This document shows, one piece after another, positions 6,408 to 13,503 of a DNA stretch of 32,000 bases (position 1 is the stretch's first letter; each line of letters begins with the position of its first letter). The DNA is from Candidatus Methylomirabilis oxygeniifera (GTDB lineage: Bacteria > Methylomirabilota > Methylomirabilia > Methylomirabilales > Methylomirabilaceae), in assembly GCA_000091165.1 (NCBI GenBank), contig FP565575.1:990001-1022000 (forward strand), in the 5' to 3' direction. The position numbers were made by a program, and so were the translations under genes. Below the pieces are notes generated by a model that searched no databases, was not told the origin of the DNA, and saw nothing but the letters and a program-made list of their open reading frames with translations.

Positions 6408-9400
6408 ATGCTTGGCAAGGCGAGCGGGTCAACGTTCCACGGAATAGAAAAGGGAGTAGAGGCGACCCAGGCGGAAGGATCCAGACCGACGAAGAATGGA
6501 CAGTGGAGTGAATCAGCCATCCGCGTCCTCAAAGAGCGTTACCTGATAAGGGACGCGACAGGTGTCAAGGAGACGCCGGAGGAGATGTGCTGGCGGGTCG
6601 CGGTGGCCATCGCCAAGGCTGAAGGGCAGTGGGGTAGAAGTGAGGCGGAAGCTCTCCAGGTTGCGGAGTCGTTTTACGATGTCATGGTTGACGGGAAGTT
6701 CCTTCCTAACTCTCCCACGATGATGAATGCCGGCAAAGAGAACGGGATGCAGTATTCGGCCTGTTTTGTGCTTCCCGTTGAGGATTCTATGGAGGGGATC
6801 TTTGAGGCGGTCAAAAGGGCGGCGATCATCCATCAGTCCGGCGGCGGGACCGGCTTTGCGTTCTCGCGCCTCAGGCCGAAGGATACCCTGGTGAAGTCAA
6901 CGGGCGGTAAGGCGAGCGGTCCCATCAGCTTCCTTCGGGTCTTTAATGCCGCCACCGAAGCCGTCAAGCAAGGGGGTGCCAGGCGAGGCGCCAACATGGG
7001 GATTCTCAAGGTGGATCACCCTGACATCCTGGAGTTCATCGACTGTAAGCTGGACGGCGGGATCACCAACTTCAATATCTCGGTGGCTACCACCGACACG
7101 TTCATGGACGCGCTGGCGAAGGACGAGACCTACGAATTGATCGATCCGCACACCAAGCTCGTCACCCGCCATCTTCCGGCTCGCGAGGTCTTTCAACGGA
7201 TGGTCCAGGCGGCCTGGCGGACCGGTGATCCGGGAATGATCTTCATCGATCGCATCAACGCGAGCCCGTCCAATCCGATTCCCCAGGATGAGCTGATCGA
7301 GGCCACGAACCCCTGCGTGCCTGGGGATACGTGGATTATGACCGATGTCGGTCCACGCCAAGTCCGGGATCTTCTTGGTAAGCCGTTTCGCGCTATCGTG
7401 GATGGGACCGGACATGCGAGCGGACTCGATGGCTTTTTCAAAACTGGCACACGCCCCTTGGTACGCCTTCGGACCGTTGAGGGCTATTCGTTGCGTCTCA
7501 CGGCGGACCACCGGGTCCGGAGGGTGACTAGGCTGACCCGCTATGCGTCTGTGACGGAGTGGACAGAAGCTGGGCAACTCCGCCCTGGCGATCGAGTGCT
7601 CCTCCATGATCACCGGGAGCTGACCGGATGGGGGGGAGCCTATACAGAAGGCGAGGGGTATCTCGTTGGTCTGTTAGTCGGGGACGGTACTCTGAAGAGC
7701 GACAAGGCGGTCCTCTCGGTGTGGTGTCCGGAAGTCGTCGCTGTCGCAAACGGACCGTCCGAGATTGGTGAGTCAGGAACCTGGGCCGTGATGCAGACTG
7801 CATGGAAGTACGCAGAATCTCTTCCTCATCGGTCGGATTTCAGGGGGTGGCTGCCCGTTCCGGGCCGGACCGAATTTCGTCTGTCGCTGGCCTATCTAAA
7901 GAAACTCGCAGGCGAAATGGGAATGGCGCCTGGACGGAAGGACATTACGCCTATAATGGAGCAGGCCTCTTCAGCATTCTATCAGGGATTCCTTCGAGGT
8001 CTGTTTGATGCCGATGGATCCGTCCAGGGATCGCAGAAAAAGGGAGTCAGTATCCGCTTGTCCCAAAGTGACCGAGAACGGTTGCTGGCCACCCAGCGCA
8101 TGTTGTTGCGCCTGGGCATCGTTTCCACGCTGTATGAGGGCCGCCGTCCGTCACAGGTTCGCCTGCTCCCCGACCAGCGAGGAGGCCAGCGAGGGTACGC
8201 CACGGCCGAACAGCACGAGCTTGTCATCTCGGGAGATAATCTCCTGCGCTTTGCCGAGCGTGTTGGCTTTTCTGACAGTGACAAGGCCCTCAGACTGCGG
8301 GCGTTGTGCTCAGCTTACAGGCGAACGGTGAACCGGGAGCGATTCACAGCCCGAGTGGTTTCTGTTACAGACGCGGGGACAGAAGATGTTTATGATGTGC
8401 AGGTCCCTGGGATTCATGCCTTCGATGCTAATGGCCTTTACGCCCATAATTGCGGTGAACAGCCGCTTGGACCCAATGACGCCTGCAATCTGGGCTCGAT
8501 CAATCTGGCGAGATTTTATCTTCCCTCGATTCCGGCGGATGCCAGGGTGACGGAGCGAATCGATTGGGTTGGCCTGGAGCAGGTGGTGCGGACGGCAGTC
8601 CGCTTCCTGGACGACGTGATCGACGTGAACCCCTATCCGCTCCAGGACATTACCGAGGAGGTTCGAAACAACCGGCGGATCGGCCTCGGGGTTATGGGCT
8701 GGGCCGATCTGCTGCTTGAGCTTGGCGTTCCCTACGACAGCGACGAGGCGGTGACGCTGGGTAATGAGATCATGGGATTCATTCGGCGAATCGGCCATGA
8801 CGCTTCCGAGAAGCTGGCAGAGGCGCGAGGGCCGTTTCCGCGTTGGTCGCGGAGCATTTACAAGGGCGGGAAACCGATTCGTAATTCCACCGTTACGACG
8901 ATTGCGCCCACCGGGACGATCAGCATCATTGTGGGTTGCTCTTCCGGGATCGAGCCGATCTTCGCCGTCGCGTTCAGCCACATCGTAGGAGACCGGCATC
9001 TGACCTTCGTGAATCCGATCTTCGAGGAGGTGGCGAAGCGGCGCGGCTTCTACAGCGAAGAGCTGATGCGGCGGGTGGCCGAGCGGGGGACGGTTCGCGG
9101 GCTTGAAGGCGTGCCGGAAGACGTTCAACGGGTCTTCGTCACGGCCCACGAGATCGAGCCTGCCCGGCACGTTAAAATGCAGGCAGCCTTCCAGAAGCAG
9201 ACCGATAATGGCGTCTCCAAGACGATCAATCTGCCGAACTCGGCGACGCCGGAGGATATCGCGAAGGCCTATATGATGGCATATGAGCTTGGATGTCTCG
9301 GGATCACGGTATTTCGCGATGGCTGTAAGGGCACCCAGGTCTTGCATCTCGGCACCGGCGCCAAGCCTGCCTTGAGCAACGTCGAGGAGCCCGCGCCGAG

Positions 9401-9998
9401 CTTGGCCGAAGAGCCTGCCGTAGGCGATGCCGAAGTGTCGGCAAGGCAGGGGGCGCCGCAAGCGATCCCAATCGTTTTGAAGACAGGCCTGGAGGCCGCG
9501 CTCAAGGTCAAGCCGAGGCCGCGGACCATGAAGGGCGTCACGTATAGGGCGGAGACGCCGCTTGGCACTGCCTTCGTTACCGTCAACCAGAATGGCGAAG
9601 GGGAGCCGTTTGAGGTCTTCGCCAGCGTCGGGAAGGCTGGGAGCGATACCTCTGCGGTGTCCGAGGCGATCGGTCGACTCATCTCGATGGTCCTCAGGCT
9701 GCCGTCACCAATGTCGCCCAGGGAGCGGGTCGGGCAGATCGTGAACCAACTGTCCGGCATCGGCGGCCGGCGACAGATGGGGTTCGGCAAGGATCGGGTC
9801 CGATCGCTGCCGGATGCTATCGCCCAGGTCCTGGCCGAGCATATCGGCCTCACCGAGCCCGGCGTTCAAGAGATGCAGGCAGCTCTTGGCAAGACGACCC
9901 AGAAAGCAGGCGACATGTGCCCCGACTGTGGCTCGGCAACCCTCGTCTACGAAGAGGGCTGTCAAAAGTGCTACTCCTGCGGGTTTAGTGAATGCTAG
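6408..9998 (+). CDS. nrdJ: Class II (adenosylcobalamin-dependent) ribonucleotide reductase NrdJ, intein-containing precursor, with TSCPD-like domain and C-terminal zinc finger
   Basis: Recognisable segments are VLKERYL..., PNSPTMMNAG, ACFVLPVEDSMEGIF, SGGGTGFAFSRLRP, GPISFLRVFN and RRGANMGIL. EATNP|C...HN|CGEQPL is the split catalytic motif. Further on come TTIAPTGTISII, VSKTINLP, a TSCPD-like block (GTAFVTVN..GEPFEVFASVGKAGSDTSAVSEAIGRLISMVLR) and the terminal CPDCGS...CQKCYSCGFSEC. AAGGAGG lies 7 nt before the ATG at 6408; the track start at 6339 has no RBS. Confidence 0.9.
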   Translation: MLGKASGSTFHGIEKGVEATQAEGSRPTKNGQWSESAIRVLKERYLIRDATGVKETPEEMCWRVAVAIAKAEGQWGRSEAEALQVAESFYDVMVDGKFLPNSPTMMNAGKENGMQYSACFVLPVEDSMEGIFEAVKRAAIIHQSGGGTGFAFSRLRPKDTLVKSTGGKASGPISFLRVFNAATEAVKQGGARRGANMGILKVDHPDILEFIDCKLDGGITNFNISVATTDTFMDALAKDETYELIDPHTKLVTRHLPAREVFQRMVQAAWRTGDPGMIFIDRINASPSNPIPQDELIEATNPCVPGDTWIMTDVGPRQVRDLLGKPFRAIVDGTGHASGLDGFFKTGTRPLVRLRTVEGYSLRLTADHRVRRVTRLTRYASVTEWTEAGQLRPGDRVLLHDHRELTGWGGAYTEGEGYLVGLLVGDGTLKSDKAVLSVWCPEVVAVANGPSEIGESGTWAVMQTAWKYAESLPHRSDFRGWLPVPGRTEFRLSLAYLKKLAGEMGMAPGRKDITPIMEQASSAFYQGFLRGLFDADGSVQGSQKKGVSIRLSQSDRERLLATQRMLLRLGIVSTLYEGRRPSQVRLLPDQRGGQRGYATAEQHELVISGDNLLRFAERVGFSDSDKALRLRALCSAYRRTVNRERFTARVVSVTDAGTEDVYDVQVPGIHAFDANGLYAHNCGEQPLGPNDACNLGSINLARFYLPSIPADARVTERIDWVGLEQVVRTAVRFLDDVIDVNPYPLQDITEEVRNNRRIGLGVMGWADLLLELGVPYDSDEAVTLGNEIMGFIRRIGHDASEKLAEARGPFPRWSRSIYKGGKPIRNSTVTTIAPTGTISIIVGCSSGIEPIFAVAFSHIVGDRHLTFVNPIFEEVAKRRGFYSEELMRRVAERGTVRGLEGVPEDVQRVFVTAHEIEPARHVKMQAAFQKQTDNGVSKTINLPNSATPEDIAKAYMMAYELGCLGITVFRDGCKGTQVLHLGTGAKPALSNVEEPAPSLAEEPAVGDAEVSARQGAPQAIPIVLKTGLEAALKVKPRPRTMKGVTYRAETPLGTAFVTVNQNGEGEPFEVFASVGKAGSDTSAVSEAIGRLISMVLRLPSPMSPRERVGQIVNQLSGIGGRRQMGFGKDRVRSLPDAIAQVLAEHIGLTEPGVQEMQAALGKTTQKAGDMCPDCGSATLVYEEGCQKCYSCGFSEC
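7314..8450 (+). mobile_element. 379-aa intein with LAGLIDADG homing-endonuclease domain, inserted before the catalytic Cys of nrdJ
   Basis: The intein starts with Cys (CVPGDTWIMTDVG, block A). Block B TxxH is present (LRLTADHRV). Two LAGLIDADG motifs are present (YLVGLLVGDGTL and FLRGLFDADGSV). Blocks F/G read VYDVQVPGIHAFDANGLYAHN, followed by the +1 Cys of CGEQPL. Removing 7314-8450 restores ATNPCGEQPL in frame. Confidence 0.9.
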
Positions 9999-10117
9999 GC
10001 GGACAGAGACAGAAGGGGGCATTACGCCAAGGTGACCCACTACCGGCTCGAAGTAAACGCTACGACGAGGCCAATGTTGGTCAAGGAGGATAGTGCGTCA
10101 TACGGAAGGGAAACGCG

Positions 10118-11185
10118 ATGATGACCCTGCGACGCTTTTCCCGGAAGTTCGAATCCGTGCCGGCTGCGACATCCTGGTATCTCGCTGACCTCGGTGAGGC
10201 ACGAGGAAAGCAGGAATTGTTCACCCGCCAATCGCCACAGCGTCTCAAGGTTCTCCGGGAGCACGCGCTTATTGAAAGCGCCGTATCATCCAACCGGATC
10301 GAGGGCGTGGAAGTTGATCAATCACGAATCGCCACTATCGTCTTTGGTAAGGCGCTCCTGCGGGATCGTGATGAAGAGGAAGTCCGGGGATACCGGCAAG
10401 CCCTGACATGGATTCATGAGCAGGGCGCGACACTCCCTGTATCGGAAGAGACCGTTGTAACACTCCACCGTCTGACACGCGGGGAGATCTGGGACGCCGG
10501 GAAATATAAGGAGAAAGATGGCGACATTATTGAGAAGTTCCCGGATGGCCGGTCGCGGATCCGCTTCAAAACGGTGTCCGCAACAGATACGCCAGCCTGT
10601 ATGAAGGAGTTGATGGAACTCTACGGCGATGCCGTTGATGAACGTAGGATCCCCCCCCTTGTACTGTTGGTAGCCTTCAATCTGGATTTTCTCTGTATCC
10701 ATCCGTTTCGTGACGGCAACGGCCGTGTATCGCGGCTCCTGCTGCTCCTGCAGTGTTACCACCTGGGATTTGAGGTCGGCCGGTATATCAGTCTGGAACG
10801 CCTCATCGAACAGAACAAGGAACGATATTACGAAACCTTGGCGCAAAGCTCCCAGGGCTGGCACGAGGACAAACACGACCCTTGGCCATATATCAATTAC
10901 ATTCTTTCCATCATCAAGATGGCATATCGGGAATTCGAGCAACGCCTCGGCCAACTTCAGAGTCCTAAGGGTGAGAAAACAGGCCTCGTTCTTCAAGCTA
11001 TCGACAGAACTCTCGGCCCATTCAGCGTGACCGAAATTCAAAACAGGTGCCCGAGTGTCAGTGTGGATATGATCCGGCGGGTGCTGAAAAACTTACGAGC
11101 GAAAAACCACATTGAATGCCTTGGCCGCGGCCAGAACGCCCGATGGCAAAAAACCGCCAAGTGGCAATTGGGTAATGTCGAATGA
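10118..11185 (+). CDS. Fic-family protein (class II, N-terminal inhibitory helix; C-terminal wHTH-like region)
   Basis: The Fic motif is HPFRDGNGRVSRLLL. An N-terminal SNRIEG fits the (S/T)xxxE(G/N) auto-inhibition motif. The C-terminal FSVTEIQNRCPSVSVDMIRRVLKNLRAKNHIECLGRGQNARW resembles a winged helix. Confidence 0.85.
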   Translation: MMTLRRFSRKFESVPAATSWYLADLGEARGKQELFTRQSPQRLKVLREHALIESAVSSNRIEGVEVDQSRIATIVFGKALLRDRDEEEVRGYRQALTWIHEQGATLPVSEETVVTLHRLTRGEIWDAGKYKEKDGDIIEKFPDGRSRIRFKTVSATDTPACMKELMELYGDAVDERRIPPLVLLVAFNLDFLCIHPFRDGNGRVSRLLLLLQCYHLGFEVGRYISLERLIEQNKERYYETLAQSSQGWHEDKHDPWPYINYILSIIKMAYREFEQRLGQLQSPKGEKTGLVLQAIDRTLGPFSVTEIQNRCPSVSVDMIRRVLKNLRAKNHIECLGRGQNARWQKTAKWQLGNVE

Positions 11186-11245
11186 ATTTGGTAACGAAAT
11201 GGGTAATAACAGAAGCAGAAGCCGGTATCTAGATGGTCCGATTGG

Positions 11246-11369
11246 ATTCCGTGTCAAGCACGGAATGACGGGCCAGAACAGAAAACGATGCTCCGCAGCA
11301 AGCTGCGGGGTGATTCACTACATTTTGGGTGTACGAACGTGGTTCGTATAAACGGAGACTAGAGGTCTC
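11246..11369 (+). other. Cluster of four short stem-loops in the fic-dcd spacer
   Basis: The four stem-loops are ATTCCGTG-tcaag-CACGGAAT (11246-11266), CCGCAGC-aa-GCTGCGG (11293-11308), TACGAAC-gtg-GTTCGTA (11332-11348) and GAGAC-tagag-GTCTC (11355-11369). Confidence 0.5.
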
Positions 11370-11384
11370 GCGGGAGGATCTTAT

Positions 11385-11939
11385 ATGTCGATTAAATCAG
11401 ATGCGTGGATCAAGCGGATGGCGGTGGAGCATCAGATGATTGCCCCGTTCGAGGAGGGGCAGGTCAGGAACGGGGTGATCTCTTATGGTCTCTCGTCGTA
11501 TGGGTACGACATCCGGGTGGCAAACGAGTTCAAGATTTTTACCAATGTCAACACGACCATCGTAGATCCCAAGAACTTCGATGAGCGGTCGTTCGTCGAT
11601 TTCAAGGGCGATGTTTGCATCGTCCCGCCTAACTCGTTTGCGCTCGCCAGAACCGTTGAGTATTTCAGAATTCCGCGTAATGTCATGACGGTGTGTCTCG
11701 GAAAATCCTCGTATGCTCGCTGCGGGATCATCCTCAATGTAACTCCCTTCGAGCCGGAGTGGGAGGGGTTTGCGACCCTCGAAATCAGTAATACGACACC
11801 GCTCCCTGCCAGGATTTATGCCAACGAGGGGATCGCGCAAGTGCTCTTTTTTGAGAGCGATGAGCCGTGCCTCGTGTCGTATGCCGACAAGAAAGGAAAA
11901 TACCAAGCTCAGCACGATATCACGTTGCCGAGGATTTAG
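11385..11939 (+). CDS. dcd: dCTP deaminase
   Basis: 184 aa. MSIKSD.WI......MI.PF........[14 protein letters not shown]....FKIF...N..IVDPK.....SFV...[58 protein letters not shown] is collinear with housekeeping Dcd. Confidence 0.9.
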   Translation: MSIKSDAWIKRMAVEHQMIAPFEEGQVRNGVISYGLSSYGYDIRVANEFKIFTNVNTTIVDPKNFDERSFVDFKGDVCIVPPNSFALARTVEYFRIPRNVMTVCLGKSSYARCGIILNVTPFEPEWEGFATLEISNTTPLPARIYANEGIAQVLFFESDEPCLVSYADKKGKYQAQHDITLPRI

Positions 11940-12066
11940 AAGGCGTGTATCTGCGTTCTCTCTCTCGCTGCAGTAACCGTTGAGGGCGCACCGATCACCG
12001 TCAACAGTCGTAATCCTTGCCGTTTCAGTTCACACAAAAAATATTTATTTTTTTATACGATTTGTG

Positions 12067-12106
12067 TTGACAAGGAAAGAACGGTTGTTGTAAATATATC
12101 AACAAC
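12067..12106 (+). promoter_or_regulatory. Sigma-70-like promoter with an overlapping palindromic operator candidate
   Basis: TTGACA (12067-12072), an 18-nt spacer, then TAAATA (12091-12096). The inverted repeat GTTGTTG (12084-12090) / CAACAAC (12100-12106) brackets the -10. A third GTTGTTG overlaps the start codon region (12125-12131). An A6/T7-rich tract lies upstream (12046-12064). Confidence 0.5.
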
Positions 12107-12123
12107 GCCAACGATGAGGTGGG

Positions 12124-12696
12124 GTGTTGTTGATCCGGCTATTTTCGTCAGAAGTACGTGTAAGTCTTCTTACCCTTTTTTTTACTAGGTTGGATAAGCG
12201 CTTTTATGTCAGAGAGTTGGCGCGACACCTTGGGCGGGATATTTCCGGGATCAAGCGAGAGTTGGATAACCTGGAGAGAGTCGGTTTGTTGGTGAGTGAA
12301 AAGGTTGGAAATCTTCGGTACTACCGGGCAAATAAGGCGTCACCCCTTTACACTGAGATGAAGGGAGTGATCGCAAAGACGACCGGTATCCATGCCAGTC
12401 TTCGAGAAGGGCTCAGAAAGATCAAAGGAATCCAGAGGGCCATGGTATATGGCACAGAGCAGCAGGAAGGCGACGAGAGCCTCGGCCCTGTTCGGTTAAT
12501 GGTGATCGGCCAGCTCGACCTGAACGAGCTGAACGAAGCAATAAGGGTGTTGGAAAGCCGCTTGAATCGTGAGATTAACTACCTGGTGTTTGATGAAGTC
12601 GAATATCAACGGAGAAAGGCAGAGGATGACCCGTTCCTGGCAGAAGTGCTTAAGGGTCGAAAGTCAATCCTGATCGGAACGGACGATGGCCTATGA
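12124..12696 (+). CDS. Winged-HTH (ArsR-like) fused to a nucleotidyltransferase-like (MNT-type) domain
   Basis: LFSSEVRVSLLTLFF....FYVRELARHLGRDISGIKRELDNLERVGLLVSEKVGNLRYYRANK is a wHTH. It is followed by IQRAMVYGTEQQEGDESLGPVRLMVIG, the position of the GS..(D/E)xD NTase motif in related wHTH-NTase proteins. The exact start is ambiguous (GTG 12124, TTG 12127 or TTG 12130); GAGGTG lies at 12117-12122. Confidence 0.6.
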   Translation: MLLIRLFSSEVRVSLLTLFFTRLDKRFYVRELARHLGRDISGIKRELDNLERVGLLVSEKVGNLRYYRANKASPLYTEMKGVIAKTTGIHASLREGLRKIKGIQRAMVYGTEQQEGDESLGPVRLMVIGQLDLNELNEAIRVLESRLNREINYLVFDEVEYQRRKAEDDPFLAEVLKGRKSILIGTDDGL

Positions 12697-13135
12697 GGAA
12701 CTTCGAGAACGGGGACTGGTTGAGGAAATTCGGCCTGACTTCCGCCAGGTTTCGTTGTTGCTTGCGCGCGCGTCGAAAGATTTAGCGACCGCCGGGGCCA
12801 ACTTAAGTATTGATAAAGCGTGGGCATATATCATCGCCTATCAAGCGATGTTAAGAGCGGCGAAGGCATTGGTGATGGCGGAAGGATGGCGCGTAAAAGG
12901 TCGTGATCAGGCGAGAACATTCGTCATATTGATAGGAGAGATTTTAGGTGAAGAGGGGCGCGCGCTTGTCAACGGCTTCGATCGCATGCGTCGTAAACGG
13001 CAGGACTTAATGGAGGAGCCGCAAACGCCGATCCCTCGGTATGAGGTGGAGGGAGCGCTCAAAGATGCACAAGCCTTAATTGAAAAGCTCGTAGAGCTTG
13101 CGCGTGAGAAAAATCCGCAGTTGGCGTTGTTGTAA
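12686..13135 (+). CDS. HEPN-like four-helix protein, partner of the upstream NTase-like gene
   Basis: 149 aa, overlapping the upstream gene by 11 nt. The pattern LLARASKDLATAGANLSID.AWAYIIAYQAMLRAAKALVMAEGWR......FDRMRRKRQDLME resembles HEPN proteins that pair with MNT genes, whose family motif I recall as FDRMRRKRN...Y. Confidence 0.5.
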   Translation: MAYEELRERGLVEEIRPDFRQVSLLLARASKDLATAGANLSIDKAWAYIIAYQAMLRAAKALVMAEGWRVKGRDQARTFVILIGEILGEEGRALVNGFDRMRRKRQDLMEEPQTPIPRYEVEGALKDAQALIEKLVELAREKNPQLALL

Positions 13136-13182
13136 CGTGACCGACTGGAAAGCCACGACATAGAAAGGGGGTGAGAACCTCA

Positions 13183-13272
13183 ATGGCAGCAGCGAAGAAG
13201 CCGGCAGCGAAGAAGGCGGCGCCAAAGAAGGCGGCGCCGAAAGCGGGAAAGAAGACGGGAAGAGGATGCTAG
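13183..13272 (+). CDS. Micro-ORF 1: 29-aa Lys/Ala-rich peptide MAAAKKPAAKKAAPKKAAPKAGKKTGRGC
   Basis: My own translation. It is preceded by AGAAAGGGGGTGAGAACCTCA, in which GGGGGTGA is one mismatch from the extended SD GGAGGTGA, 7 nt before the ATG. Internally it has a 15-nt (5-codon) periodicity at 13192-13251. Confidence 0.4.
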   Translation: MAAAKKPAAKKAAPKKAAPKAGKKTGRGC

Positions 13273-13324
13273 CCTCGATCAGCGGTGAGAGAGGCCTTCA
13301 CGAAGAAAGGGGGTGAGCACCTCA

Positions 13325-13381
13325 ATGGCAGCGGCAAAGAAAAAGGCGGCAACGAAGAAGACGGCGACCAAGAAGAAGTAG
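13325..13381 (+). CDS. Micro-ORF 2: 18-aa Lys/Ala/Thr-rich peptide MAAAKKKAATKKTATKKK
   Basis: My own translation. The leader AGAAAGGGGGTGAGCACCTCAATGGCAGC is identical to that of micro-ORF 1 except for one base. Both are followed by a similar AGCCTCGAT(C/G)AG segment. Confidence 0.4.
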   Translation: MAAAKKKAATKKTATKKK

Positions 13382-13478
13382 GAACGCTGTATGGCCTTGG
13401 TAACCGAGTGAGCCTCGATGAGTTGAGTATCGGAAAACGTTATTCGGTTACCTTGACGGTGGAAAGAGGCCACCCGCT

Positions 13479-13503
13479 GCTGGGGGGGGTATCCCCCCCC
13501 AGC
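13479..13503. other. Perfect 11-bp G/C hairpin GCTGGGGGGGG-tat-CCCCCCCCAGC
   Basis: Read directly: G8 at 13482-13489 and C8 at 13493-13500. No U-tract follows on either strand, so it is not a canonical intrinsic terminator. Confidence 0.6.

Noticed and set aside
8310-9461. 383-aa minus-strand ORF inside nrdJ
   Set aside because: It is antisense to strongly conserved RNR sequence, is Arg/Pro-rich and shows no recognisable motif. It is a shadow ORF.
11385-11939. dcd as an anti-phage dCTP-deaminase defence gene, given that it lies near a Fic gene and a HEPN-like gene
   Set aside because: At 184 aa it is collinear with housekeeping Dcd and has no extra N-terminal domain. It also lies next to nrdJ, so it is most simply the housekeeping enzyme.
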